In this document: positions 21,535-31,622 of the stretch, in pieces
How positions within the stretch are numbered: the stretch's first letter is position 1
Layout of the letters: every line of letters begins with the position of its first letter
Assembly (NCBI GenBank): GCA_945882915.1
Contig: CAMCWV010000009.1
Coordinates: 4,735-68,734 of the forward strand
Length of the DNA stretch: 64,000 nucleotides
DNA from: Waddlia chondrophila WSU 86-1044
GTDB lineage: Bacteria; Chlamydiota; Chlamydiia; Chlamydiales; CAMCWV01
Reading direction: 5' to 3'
The notes under the pieces: generated by a model
What the model was told of the DNA's origin: nothing
Database searches by the model: none
What the model saw: the letters and a program-made list of their open reading frames with translations, nothing else
Program-made: the position numbers and the translations under genes

Positions 21535-21564
21535 TTGGCAAGAAACGGGCGATTCGGCGATAAT
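21535..21564 (+). promoter_or_regulatory. Candidate sigma-66/70 promoter of the tyrP operon leader
   Basis: TTGGCA-18 nt-GATAAT, ending 7 nt before ATG 21572. Confidence 0.45.
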
Positions 21565-21571
21565 TACAGGC

Positions 21572-21643
21572 ATGTCAAAGAACTCCTTTTTCGTTACATC
21601 TTTTTTTTCCTTCTTTTGGTGGCTAACCCCTAGCCACTCATAA
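21572..21643 (+). CDS. Putative Phe/Trp-rich attenuator leader peptide MSKNSFFVTSFFSFFWWLTPSHS
   Basis: 23 codons with 6 Phe and tandem Trp-Trp; hairpin GTGGCTA-ACCCC-TAGCCAC overlaps the Trp codons; lies upstream of aromatic amino acid permeases and trpS. Confidence 0.72.
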   Translation: MSKNSFFVTSFFSFFWWLTPSHS

Positions 21644-21751
21644 TACTTCCAACTCACGTTTTTTTGTTTTTTAGCCTCTAATTTTCCACAGGAATTCAAG
21701 TAATTCTTTGGAAGTGGCGGCGAACATTTTTTTATATTTTCAGGGGGAGCC

Positions 21752-23059
21752 ATGTCTCGGTCTCTTGCCCGTAAGGCTCACAAAGGAAGTCTTACAGGAG
21801 CCATCTTACTTATCGCCGGTAGCTGTATTGGCGCGGGAATGCTTGCGCTACCCATTGTCACGGGTATCGCTGGTTTCTATCCATCTGCACTGATGTTTGT
21901 TCTCTGCTGGCTCTTCATGACCTCCACAGGTCTACTCCTGCTCGAAGTTAATCTATGGTATGGAATAAGCATTAATATTGTTTCCCTTTCTCAGCGGACA
22001 CTCGGCTCGATTGGTAAAGTGCTGAGCTGGGGACTCTTTTTGTTTCTTTTCTACAGTATTAACGTCGCTTACGTTTCTGCAACAAGCGCCCTTTTTGCCG
22101 ATTTTTTCCGTGGGACATTCGGAATAGAGCTGCCACGTACAATGGGAAGCACCCTTTGCATCTTAATCTTTGGGGGGATTGTCTATTTAGGCACCCACGC
22201 CGTTGATAAATGCAATCGGCTCCTTATGGCCGGACTTATTGCAGCTTACGCGCTGTTGATCTCGCTTGGGAGCTCTCACGTCCAAAGCTCCTATTTGGTT
22301 TATACTGACTGGAAATATTCTCTCCTCGGAATTCCTGTAATGATCATCAGCTTTGGTTTTCATAACATGATTCCGAGCATTACCTCCTATTTGAATGGAG
22401 ATGCTAAGCGGCTGCGCATTGCATTTATCGCCGGCAGCGCCATTCCTTTGGTGGTTTATGTCCTCTGGCAGTTCGTGATCCTCGGGATCGTCCCTGTTCA
22501 GGGGGGCAATGGCTTTATTCAAGCTCTTCATGACGATTCATTTGCAACAGAGACGCTGCAAATGGTTGTTGGAAGCGCGTGGGTGGGAAATGTCGCGCAG
22601 TATTTCGCATTCTTTGCTATTACCACATCATTTTTGGGGCAGTCATTGAGTCTTGTCGACTTTATTGCCGATGGTTTGAAAGGGAAGCTGAAAAAAGAGA
22701 GTCCTTTAGGGCGTTTGGCCCTTTGTGGCTTTGCTCTTTTGCCCTCTTTGGCAATCACCCTCTCTTACCCCCACATCTTCTTGATTGCTTTGGGGTATGC
22801 GGGAGCCTTCGGTGCTGTTATTCTCTTTGGTTTGATGCCGGCACTTATGGTGTGGAAGGGGCGTTATAAGATGGGCTTTACCCATCAGCAGATTATGCCA
22901 GGGGGGAGGCTTACCCTTTCTCTTGTGATGTGCTTTGCAATTGTAGTTATTCTATTACAATTAGGCAAGACAACTGGAATGAGCTATTTCCAGCCACCTA
23001 CTCCAAAAGTCATTTCTAACCTCGTTTTCAATGGCGTTGAAGGGGTCGAAAAGTGGTAA
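21752..23059 (+). CDS. tyrP: Aromatic amino acid permease (TyrP/Mtr, HAAAP family), copy 1
   Basis: IAGSCIGAGMLALP, SFGFHNMIPS and TSFLG motifs. Confidence 0.88.
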   Translation: MSRSLARKAHKGSLTGAILLIAGSCIGAGMLALPIVTGIAGFYPSALMFVLCWLFMTSTGLLLLEVNLWYGISINIVSLSQRTLGSIGKVLSWGLFLFLFYSINVAYVSATSALFADFFRGTFGIELPRTMGSTLCILIFGGIVYLGTHAVDKCNRLLMAGLIAAYALLISLGSSHVQSSYLVYTDWKYSLLGIPVMIISFGFHNMIPSITSYLNGDAKRLRIAFIAGSAIPLVVYVLWQFVILGIVPVQGGNGFIQALHDDSFATETLQMVVGSAWVGNVAQYFAFFAITTSFLGQSLSLVDFIADGLKGKLKKESPLGRLALCGFALLPSLAITLSYPHIFLIALGYAGAFGAVILFGLMPALMVWKGRYKMGFTHQQIMPGGRLTLSLVMCFAIVVILLQLGKTTGMSYFQPPTPKVISNLVFNGVEGVEKW

Positions 23060-24246
23060 AGAAAAGTAAGGTTTTAGGGGGGGTCCTCCTCGTTGCGGGG
23101 ACGACCATTGGAGCTGGCATGCTCGCTATGCCAGTATCTACAGGAGGCGGAGGATTCTTGCCCTCCTGTGTGTTGCTGCTGATTGTGTGGCTATGCATGC
23201 TGTTCACGGCGTTTCTCATGCTCGAGGTCAATCTTTGGATGAGCGGAGATTCGAACATCATTACGATGGCTAAGCATACTCTTGGAAAGGTGGGCCAGGC
23301 TATCACTTGGATTGTTTACCTGTTGCTGCTCTATTCATTAACAGCTGCCTATATTGTTGGGTGCGCGCCTCTAATCCTTCATGCGACTTCGTCGTTAACA
23401 GGGCACGAAATGCCCTTCTGGGTTGGGACAATCCCCTTGCTGGTAGTCTTCGGATCGTTCGTCTATTTGGGGACAAAGGCAGTAGATTGGATCAACCGTT
23501 TGTTGATGACAGGCCTTGTCTTGAGCTATACTCTTATGCTTAGCCTGATCTTACCCCATGTCGATCCAGAACTTCTTATGTATGAGAACTGGAAAGTGGT
23601 TTGGCCCGCAACGACGGTTGTCGTAACTTCATTCGGTTATCACATCATCATTCCAAGCCTAACGACTTATTTGGAACGGGATGTGAAGAAGTTGAGAGTA
23701 ACCGTTCTTATTGGAAGCACCGTTCCCCTGGCGGTTTACTTCCTCTGGCAGGCGGCGATCCTTGGAGCGATCCCTGCCTATGGCGAAGGGGGGTTGTTGC
23801 ATATTTTGGAGCTTAATCAGCCAACAGCGCACCTGACGCATGCACTTGATAGGATATTGAATAGTCAGTGGGTGACGACAGCTTCTCGGTTCTTTGCCTT
23901 CTTTGCTGTTGTGACATCCTTTTTAGGTGTTTCCTTAAGCCTTTCAGACTTTTTAGCGGATGGCTTAAAGATTAAAAAAACTGAAAAAGGCAAGATAATT
24001 ACTTGCGCACTAACGTTTGCGCCGCCTCTTATCTTTGCTTTGGCATATCCTCAGGGGTTTATTATAGCCTTGAAGTACGCCGGCGTGCTCGTGGCGGTAC
24101 TTTTGATCCTGCTGCCGGTTGCAATGGTGTGGATCGGGCGTTACCGGAAGGGGTATGTAGGGCCTTTTCGCACTTGGGGGGGCAAGCCTGCTATGGCGCT
24201 TGCTTCGATCATAGCTCTTGTGGTGATCGCCATTGAACTCATTTAA
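23053..24246 (+). CDS. tyrP: Aromatic amino acid permease (TyrP/Mtr, HAAAP family), copy 2
   Basis: VAGTTIGAGMLAMP, SFGYHIIIPSL and TSFLGVSLSL motifs. Confidence 0.88.
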   Translation: MVKKSKVLGGVLLVAGTTIGAGMLAMPVSTGGGGFLPSCVLLLIVWLCMLFTAFLMLEVNLWMSGDSNIITMAKHTLGKVGQAITWIVYLLLLYSLTAAYIVGCAPLILHATSSLTGHEMPFWVGTIPLLVVFGSFVYLGTKAVDWINRLLMTGLVLSYTLMLSLILPHVDPELLMYENWKVVWPATTVVVTSFGYHIIIPSLTTYLERDVKKLRVTVLIGSTVPLAVYFLWQAAILGAIPAYGEGGLLHILELNQPTAHLTHALDRILNSQWVTTASRFFAFFAVVTSFLGVSLSLSDFLADGLKIKKTEKGKIITCALTFAPPLIFALAYPQGFIIALKYAGVLVAVLLILLPVAMVWIGRYRKGYVGPFRTWGGKPAMALASIIALVVIAIELI

Positions 24247-24254
24247 GAGGGGTA

Positions 24255-24352
24255 TATACTCCTCTGAGCTGAAAATGGGACTTTGGACGGCGCCAAGGCC
24301 CCGGGAGCTTTCGCGCTAGCCCAAAGTCCCATTTTCAACTAAGAGGAGTATA
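24255..24352. mobile_element. Family A MITE whose last base is the A of the trpS ATG
   Basis: Ends in AACTAAGAGGAGTATA, followed by TG. Confidence 0.92.
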
Positions 24353-25416
24353 TGACAACAAAAAAAAGAATTCTTACCGGAGATAGGCCCACAGGGTCTA
24401 TGCACATAGGCCATTACGTGGGGTCATTAAAAAACCGTGTAGCACTGCAGGATAAGTTTGAGTGCTATTTTATTATTGCCGACCTTCACACGCTCACCAC
24501 AAAGCCAGAGAAGGAGCATATCCTGGCCATACGTGAAAATGTTCACGAGATGGTTTTGGATTATTTGGGATGTGGGATAGACCCTTCAAAGACAACGATT
24601 TATCTGCAGTCGGCAGTCCCTGCCGTGTTTGAGCTGAACCTGATTTTTGAGATGATGGTCTCGCTGAACAGGCTGACAGGGCTCCCTAGCATCAAGGAGA
24701 TGGCCCGTAACGCCCATATGTCTGAAGATAGCATCCCTTTTGGGCTTATTGGATATCCTGTTTTGCAATCTGCGGATATTTTGATGCCCAGAGCGCATGC
24801 CGTGCCTGTCGGAAAAGACAATGAAGCTCACATAGAGCTTTGCAGAGATATTGCACGCAGGTTTAATCAGCACTACGGAGAGGTGTTCCCGCTTCCAGAG
24901 GCCATTTTAGGAGAGGTTCCTACACTTGTGGGGACAGATGGTAATGGGAAGATGAGCAAGTCACTTGGAAATTGCATATACCTTTCAGATGATGCAAAGA
25001 CCGTCGATAAGAAGGTGCGTGGCATGTACACAGATCCTAAAAGGATCCGCGCTGATGTGCCGGGAACTGTCGAGGGAAATCCTGTGTTTTCCTACCACGA
25101 CATCTTTAACCCTGACAAGGCAGAGGTTGAGGATCTTAAGAAACGGTACCGTGAAGGGGCTGTTGGAGATGTTGAAGTAAAAGAGAAGCTTGCAAGGTCT
25201 ATCAATGAGTTTTTAGATCCCATACGAGAAAAGCGTCAGTACTATGCTCAGGATAAAGGATTTGTCGAGCAGGTTGTCTATGAAGGGACTCTGAAGATGA
25301 GAGAGTGCGCGGAAGAGACGATGAAAGAGGTGCGTTCTGCTATGGGGCTTCTTGGGTCGTGGAACAAGATCTCCCGCATAGCCAGAGACCGCATGGAACG
25401 CATAAAAGGACAGTAA
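24352..25416 (+). CDS. trpS: Tryptophanyl-tRNA synthetase
   Basis: [21 protein letters not shown] and KMSKS motifs. Confidence 0.97.
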   Translation: MTTKKRILTGDRPTGSMHIGHYVGSLKNRVALQDKFECYFIIADLHTLTTKPEKEHILAIRENVHEMVLDYLGCGIDPSKTTIYLQSAVPAVFELNLIFEMMVSLNRLTGLPSIKEMARNAHMSEDSIPFGLIGYPVLQSADILMPRAHAVPVGKDNEAHIELCRDIARRFNQHYGEVFPLPEAILGEVPTLVGTDGNGKMSKSLGNCIYLSDDAKTVDKKVRGMYTDPKRIRADVPGTVEGNPVFSYHDIFNPDKAEVEDLKKRYREGAVGDVEVKEKLARSINEFLDPIREKRQYYAQDKGFVEQVVYEGTLKMRECAEETMKEVRSAMGLLGSWNKISRIARDRMERIKGQ

Positions 25417-25420
25417 AGGC

Positions 25421-27469
25421 GTGGTGTGCATGAAGAAGTTTAGGTTGCAGACATCTTTTGAGCCATGTGGCGACCAGCCTCAAGCAATTAAAAAGCTTGT
25501 GGATGCAACAAACAGAGGCAAAAAGTCACAGGTGCTTTTGGGGATTACGGGGTCTGGAAAGACCTTTACGATGGCCAATGTGATCTCTCAGGTTCAGCGC
25601 CCGGCTCTTATCATCGCGCACAACAAAACTCTGGCCTCACAGCTCTATCACGAGTTCAAGACGTTCTTTCCAGATAATGCTGTTGAGTATTTTGTTTCTT
25701 ATTACGACTACTATCAGCCAGAAGCCTACCTTCCTCGTAGCGACACCTATATCGAAAAGGATATGTCGATCAATGAAGAGATCGACAAGATGCGCCTTAG
25801 CGCAACGCGCTCGTTAATCGAAAGGGAGGATGTGATTATTGTCGCCTCTGTTTCTTGTATTTACGGCCTGGGGATGCCTGAGTACTATGCTAAAATGAAC
25901 CTCCTTATTGAATCTGGCGAGAGCTACCGGCGAGATGAGCTCTTAGTGCATCTTCTTCAGATGCACTACACCAGAAATGATTTTGACTTCTCGCGCAAAA
26001 ACTTCCGCGTTCGTGGGGATGTTCTAGAGATCTTCCCTGCTTACGAAGATGACCTCGCTATTCGAGTAGAGTTTTTTGATGATGAGGTGGAGAGGATCAG
26101 CGAGATTGACCCGCTAACGGGAAAAGTTCTTCGTAGACTCGACAGAGTAACGATCTATCCCGGTTCCCACCACGTAACACCTGAATCTGTCCGCTTGCTG
26201 GCTATGGAGACGATTAAAGAGGAGCTCAATGCGCGCGTTAATGTCTATGAAAACGACAATAGAATTACAGAGAAAGAGCGCATTTGGCAGCGGACTATGT
26301 ACGATCTTGAGATGATTCGAGAGGTCGGATTTTGTAAAGGGATCGAGAACTATTCGCGTCACTTTGGGAGCAGATCTCCTGGCTCTGCGCCTTCGTGTCT
26401 TATCGATTACTTTCCCAAAAACTTTTTGCTCTTTGTAGATGAGTCTCACCAGACGCTCCCGCAAATTCATGCGATGTACAATGGGGACCATGCCCGCAAA
26501 CAAGCGCTTGTTGATTATGGGTTTCGTCTCCCTTCTGCCTTTGATAACCGCCCTTTGAAGTTTGATGAGGTGTTTGACCGGATAGGGCAGGTGATCTATG
26601 TCTCGGCCACACCTGGGAAGTGGGAGGTTGAAGAGGCGGGCGGTGAGGTTGTCGATCAGATTATTCGCCCTACAGGGCTTCTCGATCCTCAAATTGAAGT
26701 GCGTCCTGCCTCTGGAGAGGTGGGGCAGGTGGATGATTGCCTTGAAGAGATAAAGCTTCACACCGAAAAAGGTGGGCGCGTGCTAGTAACGACCTTAACG
26801 AAGAGGCTTGCCGAGGAGCTTAGCAAGTATCTTCAAGAGCTGAACATCAAGTCCAAATACCTTCACTCCGATGTTGATACGCTAGAACGGGTACAGATCA
26901 TTCGCGATTTAAGATCTGGCGTGTGCGATGTGCTTGTTGGAATTAACCTTTTAAGAGAAGGTTTGGATATTCCAGAGGTCTCGTTAGTGGCTATTTTGGA
27001 TGCTGATAAAGAAGGATTTTTGCGCAGTCAAACGGCATTGATTCAAACATGTGGCCGCGCATCACGTAATTCTGAAGGGCGAGTCATCATGTATGCTGAC
27101 CGCCAGACCGAATCAATTCGCGCAACACTGGAAATTACCGCTTCTCGCAGAGCAGTCCAGCAAGCCTACAATGAAAAGCACGGGATCACCCCAACGACGA
27201 CAAAGCGAGAGCTGGGGCCTGATTTAACACAAGATGTCGCGGCGCATACCCTTTCATTCAATAAGGGGTCAAAAACTAAGACGAAGAAGGCAGAGCTTCC
27301 CTCTCCAGAGAAACAGCATCACTACCTGACAGGCGCAGAAATCAATGGGAAGATCAAAGAGTGCGAAGCTGACATGAAGCTTGCCGCTAAAGAGCATCGC
27401 TTTGAAGATGCTGCCCGCCTTCGTGATGCCATGCACCACTTCCAAGAAATGGCCCTCACCCTGCTGTAG
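25421..27469 (+). CDS. uvrB: Excinuclease ABC subunit B (start GTG 25421 or ATG 25430)
   Basis: [22 protein letters not shown] and a C-terminal UVR domain. Confidence 0.97.
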   Translation: MVCMKKFRLQTSFEPCGDQPQAIKKLVDATNRGKKSQVLLGITGSGKTFTMANVISQVQRPALIIAHNKTLASQLYHEFKTFFPDNAVEYFVSYYDYYQPEAYLPRSDTYIEKDMSINEEIDKMRLSATRSLIEREDVIIVASVSCIYGLGMPEYYAKMNLLIESGESYRRDELLVHLLQMHYTRNDFDFSRKNFRVRGDVLEIFPAYEDDLAIRVEFFDDEVERISEIDPLTGKVLRRLDRVTIYPGSHHVTPESVRLLAMETIKEELNARVNVYENDNRITEKERIWQRTMYDLEMIREVGFCKGIENYSRHFGSRSPGSAPSCLIDYFPKNFLLFVDESHQTLPQIHAMYNGDHARKQALVDYGFRLPSAFDNRPLKFDEVFDRIGQVIYVSATPGKWEVEEAGGEVVDQIIRPTGLLDPQIEVRPASGEVGQVDDCLEEIKLHTEKGGRVLVTTLTKRLAEELSKYLQELNIKSKYLHSDVDTLERVQIIRDLRSGVCDVLVGINLLREGLDIPEVSLVAILDADKEGFLRSQTALIQTCGRASRNSEGRVIMYADRQTESIRATLEITASRRAVQQAYNEKHGITPTTTKRELGPDLTQDVAAHTLSFNKGSKTKTKKAELPSPEKQHHYLTGAEINGKIKECEADMKLAAKEHRFEDAARLRDAMHHFQEMALTLL

Positions 27470-27512
27470 CAAGATTGAAAGGGCCGTTTATTTTGGACTA
27501 ATAAACTAAGCA

Positions 27513-27685
27513 GTAACAGTTCACATACCCCCCCCTTTCGTCGGTGCATGTGAACTGTTATAAACTTTTTTGTATTTTCTCTCACACCTCTGTGTTTCAA
27601 AAAAAAAGATATTAAGATTTTTGAAACACAGAGGCGTGAGAGAACGTGAGAGAAAGAAAAGGCCTAAAAATGTGGGTAATGACAA
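27513..27685 (+). repeat. Family F two-hairpin element
   Basis: GTAACAGTTCACATAC..GTGAACTGTTA hairpin plus CTCTGTGTTTCAAAAA..TTTTTGAAACACAGAG hairpin; copies at 44471 and 50715. Confidence 0.88.
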
Positions 27686-27692
27686 GGGCTTA

Positions 27693-27732
27693 GGCGCCGT
27701 CCAAATTCCCGTTTTCAGCTAAGCGGAGTATA
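27693..27732. repeat. Family A solo right arm
   Basis: GGCGCCGTCCAAATTCCCGTTTTCAGCTAAGCGGAGTATA. Confidence 0.85.
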
Positions 27733-27741
27733 TAATACAAA

Positions 27742-27833
27742 CAGACCCACGCCTACAGCAAACGTTTGCTTGGTGACAGGTTAGATCCCAGACCTTAGGC
27801 GGCCTACGTTACCTTCTGGAGAGGGCAAACGCT
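27742..27833. repeat. Family D arm
   Basis: Matches 63883-63972; its end GTTACCTTCTGGAGAGGGCAAACGCT also occurs inside family A cargo type 2. Confidence 0.85.
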
Positions 27834-27838
27834 TAGGC

Positions 27839-30487
27839 TTAGTCTGCTTTGCCCATGAAGTGAGGGGTGATGAGTTTAGCGACGTGGAACATCGAGACTG
27901 GCTCGGTTGTTCCAAAGATTTTAGCAAGAGGCCCATCAGGCAAGATCATCCGCTTGTCAGTAGGTGACTGGCAATTGTTTGCTTTAATGTACACCCACAG
28001 ATTCTTCACAACATCTGGGCGGCTCATGGCCCCCACACCCACAAAGGCTGCAAGGGTCGGAGAGAGCTGAATGGGGGCTTGAGCTCTGGGCTTTTTCGGT
28101 GCGTTGCTAGCTGCTGCTTTTTTCGGTGCTTTTGCTTTGCTAGCTCCTGTCTTTGTTTTAGCTCCTGTCTTTGTTTTAGCTGCCGGTTTTTCTTGCCCCT
28201 TCTTTACTTTCTTTATGTAAGGGGCTTTGGCGTGGCTCTCGCCATATTTTGAGTGTATCTGCTCGACGCTGTTTCCAATGATATCGCAGTGGGGATAGGT
28301 CGTGCATGAATAGAAAGTGCTCTTCTTTCCGTAGCGGAAGGATGTCTTGGCGCTCAGCCTTCCATCACATCCAATAGCAACGCAGTGAGGGAGGTCCTCA
28401 AAAGGAATTATTACCTCTCCTTTTGCAGGGATCTTGACGAGCCCCTTGCAGTTAGGATAGGTCTCGCAGCCCATAAAGGCGCCGTAGGGTCCATGACGAA
28501 CGGACATCTTCTGTCCGCAAAGAGGGCAGGGCTGCTCCCAGTTAAACCCTTCGCCGTAATCTCCTTTGTCGAACGTTGCATGTTCTAATGAAGAGGAGTG
28601 ATCGCAATCAGGGTAGCGTGAGCAGGAGTAGAAGTATTTGGCGCTAGAAATCGCCCATGTCTTTTGAAGCTTGCTCCCATGTTCTGCGCCGCACTTTGGG
28701 CAATCGATATCTGTAGGGATTTTTGGGACGATCGCACTCTTTATGGCCTCTTCTACAGAAGGGGAGAATTTTGCCCAAAAGTCTATGATGACAGCCTTCC
28801 AATCCTTCTGATTTTCAGCGACCTGTTCCAGGTCATCTTCCATTTGCTTTGTGAAATCGATATTCATGACAAGCTGGAAGCTTGTCTCAAGCATTTCAGC
28901 TACAACACGGCCAAGGCCAGTGGGTTTAAGGCGGCCTTGCTCTTTTACGGTATAATCCCTGCTCTGAATTTTATTCATGATCGCTGCATACGTAGAAGGT
29001 CTGCCGATCCCGCGCTTTTCTAGCTCTTTGACAAGAGAGGCTTCAGAGTAGCGTGGAGGTGGGCGTGTGAAGGATTGCTCGTGAGTGAGCTTCTTCAAAT
29101 CCAGAGGGTTTCCTTCAGCAAGAGATGCGGGGATTTTTGATTCTTCTTCTTTTTCTTTGTCATCTTCTTGCTCTTCATAGACAGCCAGGAATCCTTTGAA
29201 CTTTATGGTCGAGCCGGTAGCGCGAAGCATGATGCTCTGGTCTGTGGCGATGTCAGCAGAGACTGTGTCGTAAACAGCTGGAGCCATTTGTGAGGCAACA
29301 AAACGCCTCCAGATTAGTCCGTAAAGCATATTTTGTTCGCGGTTTAGGAATGGTTCAACGACCTCTGGAGGGTGTTTGAGGTTTGTTGGGCGGATCGCTT
29401 CGTGGGCGTCTTGAGCATTTTTGGTTTTAAAGACGTTGGCCTCTGCTGGAAGGAATGGCGCTCCGTATTGCTTTGCAATAAGAGTGCGAGCTTCGCTAAT
29501 TGCTTCCGGCGCTGAGCGTACAGAGTCAGTACGCATATAAGTAATAAGGCCTTCTGTCCCCTCATTGCCCATGTCAATTCCCTCATAGAGGCCTTGGGCG
29601 ATTCTCATGGTGTTTGAAACCGAGAATCCACACTGACGGCTGGCTTCTTGTTGTAGCGTAGATGTAATGAAGGGGGGTTTAGAGTATCTTCTTTCTTCTT
29701 TTTTATCGACTCTACCGACTTTGTACTTGGCCTTTTTTAGCCTCGCAACAATAGACTCTGCCGTCTTTTGATCGGGGATCGTTGTGAGAGTATCTTTCCC
29801 GTCCTGGAGTTCTTTTTCGACGCGCTTGCCATCAACTGTATGGACGGTCGCTTTAAAGACCGGCTCTTTTTCTTTGCCTGTTTCTAGTAAGGCGGCGATG
29901 TTCCAGTATTCGATGGACTTGAATGCTTCGATCTCTTTTTCTCTGTCGACAACAAGTTTAAGGGCAATCGATTGCACCCGTCCTGCAGAGATAGACCCCT
30001 CTGAACTGCTTCGTCTGATTCTTCTAGCAAGGATTGGAGAGATTGTATAGCCAACAAGTCTATCGAGGAGTCTACGCGCTTGCTGCGCATTAACAAGGGC
30101 AAGGTCAATGTTACGTGGGTTGCTTAACGCTTTAACTACGGCATCTTTAGTGATCGAATGGAAACTCGCCCGCTTGATGGTCGTTTTTTCTGGGAAGATA
30201 CTTGCAAGGTGCCAAGCAATCGCCTCTCCTTCCCTATCAGGATCGGGACAGAGGTAGACGGTATCGCACTGTTTGGCTGCTTTGATAAGATTTGAGACCA
30301 CCTGCTGCTTGTCTTCAAGGATTTCGTACTGGGGCTCGAAGTTATGCTCCATATCGATCCCCATTCCTTTTTTGGGCAAGTCGCGGATATGCCCATAGGA
30401 AGACTCGAATCTATAATCGGGCCCAAGAAACTTTTGCAGCGATTTGATTTTTGCCGGAGACTCGACGATAACTAATGACTTACCCAT
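27839..30487 (-). CDS. topA: DNA topoisomerase I with zinc ribbons and a C-terminal SWIB domain
   Basis: IVESPAK, DPDREGE, GRVQS and ITYMRTDS motifs; SWIB-like LWVYIKANNCQ after a K/A-rich linker. Confidence 0.96.
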   Translation of the reverse strand: MGKSLVIVESPAKIKSLQKFLGPDYRFESSYGHIRDLPKKGMGIDMEHNFEPQYEILEDKQQVVSNLIKAAKQCDTVYLCPDPDREGEAIAWHLASIFPEKTTIKRASFHSITKDAVVKALSNPRNIDLALVNAQQARRLLDRLVGYTISPILARRIRRSSSEGSISAGRVQSIALKLVVDREKEIEAFKSIEYWNIAALLETGKEKEPVFKATVHTVDGKRVEKELQDGKDTLTTIPDQKTAESIVARLKKAKYKVGRVDKKEERRYSKPPFITSTLQQEASRQCGFSVSNTMRIAQGLYEGIDMGNEGTEGLITYMRTDSVRSAPEAISEARTLIAKQYGAPFLPAEANVFKTKNAQDAHEAIRPTNLKHPPEVVEPFLNREQNMLYGLIWRRFVASQMAPAVYDTVSADIATDQSIMLRATGSTIKFKGFLAVYEEQEDDKEKEEESKIPASLAEGNPLDLKKLTHEQSFTRPPPRYSEASLVKELEKRGIGRPSTYAAIMNKIQSRDYTVKEQGRLKPTGLGRVVAEMLETSFQLVMNIDFTKQMEDDLEQVAENQKDWKAVIIDFWAKFSPSVEEAIKSAIVPKIPTDIDCPKCGAEHGSKLQKTWAISSAKYFYSCSRYPDCDHSSSLEHATFDKGDYGEGFNWEQPCPLCGQKMSVRHGPYGAFMGCETYPNCKGLVKIPAKGEVIIPFEDLPHCVAIGCDGRLSAKTSFRYGKKSTFYSCTTYPHCDIIGNSVEQIHSKYGESHAKAPYIKKVKKGQEKPAAKTKTGAKTKTGASKAKAPKKAAASNAPKKPRAQAPIQLSPTLAAFVGVGAMSRPDVVKNLWVYIKANNCQSPTDKRMILPDGPLAKIFGTTEPVSMFHVAKLITPHFMGKAD

Positions 30488-30509
30488 TTAGGGAGACTCC
30501 ATTTGTGAC

Positions 30510-31622
30510 CTAGTATTTCTTATAAATTTTGCCAGGGTATTCTTTAACCATTTTCTTAATAACTAGACTCATTAACAAAACATTCAATTTTCCAACAGGA
30601 ATCTGTACGCTTTCTACAAGTTCGTCGATTGTTCGCTCTTCGCTAGGCATCGCTTTTAGAAGGCTGACTTCTTCGGGTTCTAGCGATTGAGCGAGTGGCG
30701 GCGCTGACTTTTGTCCGCTAAAAAGAATATTCCCAAAGAGACCATTAAAATGGGAAGAGACATCTTCGGCTCCCTCAACAAGAGAGGCGAGCCCCCGCTT
30801 AATCAACGAGTGATTCCCTTTAAAGCTCTCGACATCGGCTCTTCCAGGAAGGGCAAACAGAGGCCTTCCCTGACTTTTCCCCTTTTCCATTGTGATCATA
30901 GCTCCGCTTTTTAACGGAGCTTCTATGAGCACCGCCCCCAAAGTCATTCCGCTTACAATCCGGTTCCGTTGAGGAAAGGTTGTTCTGTCAGGCGCCATCT
31001 TCATAGGAAATTCGCTTATAACTGCTCCGTTTTCTTCTATTTGACTTGCGAGCCTTTTATTTTCTGCGGGATAGAGATTGGCTATGCCAGATCCAAGAAC
31101 AGCGACTGTTCTTCCTCCACGAAGAGCCCCTTTATGGGCGTAAGTATCAATCCCGCGTGCTAGACCGCTTACAATAGTAAAGCCTATTCTTGCAAGCTCT
31201 TCACCCATCTTCTCGGCCATAGCGCCGCCGTAGATGCTGTGTATCCTGGTGCCGACGATTGCTAGGCTCCGTTCATCAGAAGCAATAAGACTTCCGGCTA
31301 CATAGAGAAGCGCTGGGAAATCTCGGAGCTCTAACAGCCCTTGCGGATAGCTAGGATCGTCGTAGGGAACAAGCGTAATGGCGTGCTTGTCAATAAGCTC
31401 TTCATTTTCGCGCCAGGCCTTACTTACCTTCCATTGAGAGAGCTCATGAATGTGTCTTTCATTAAAGCCAGGCAGGTGCGCCGAAAGATTTTTTAGTTCT
31501 TCGTGGCTTGCTTCTAATATAGCTTCTGCCGACCCAAAATGGTTGATCAGCAGGCGGATCTTCATCGATCCTAATAGAGGAATGGTCGTCAGGATTGCTA
31601 GAGCTTTTCTATTTATTGTCAT
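30510..31622 (-). CDS. dprA: DNA-processing protein DprA/Smf
   Basis: AIVGTR, VSGLARGID and FPQRNRIVSG motifs. Confidence 0.94.
   Translation of the reverse strand: MTINRKALAILTTIPLLGSMKIRLLINHFGSAEAILEASHEELKNLSAHLPGFNERHIHELSQWKVSKAWRENEELIDKHAITLVPYDDPSYPQGLLELRDFPALLYVAGSLIASDERSLAIVGTRIHSIYGGAMAEKMGEELARIGFTIVSGLARGIDTYAHKGALRGGRTVAVLGSGIANLYPAENKRLASQIEENGAVISEFPMKMAPDRTTFPQRNRIVSGMTLGAVLIEAPLKSGAMITMEKGKSQGRPLFALPGRADVESFKGNHSLIKRGLASLVEGAEDVSSHFNGLFGNILFSGQKSAPPLAQSLEPEEVSLLKAMPSEERTIDELVESVQIPVGKLNVLLMSLVIKKMVKEYPGKIYKKY

Noticed and set aside
21645-21680. Classical intrinsic terminator in the tyrP leader
   Set aside because: The U-tract is not directly preceded by a GC-rich stem; the nearest hairpin ends about 20 nt upstream.
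26114-26761. 215-aa antisense ORF in uvrB, and similar shadow ORFs in eno, hemB, glgC and the NamZ-like gene
   Set aside because: They are antisense shadows of conserved genes with no independent evidence.
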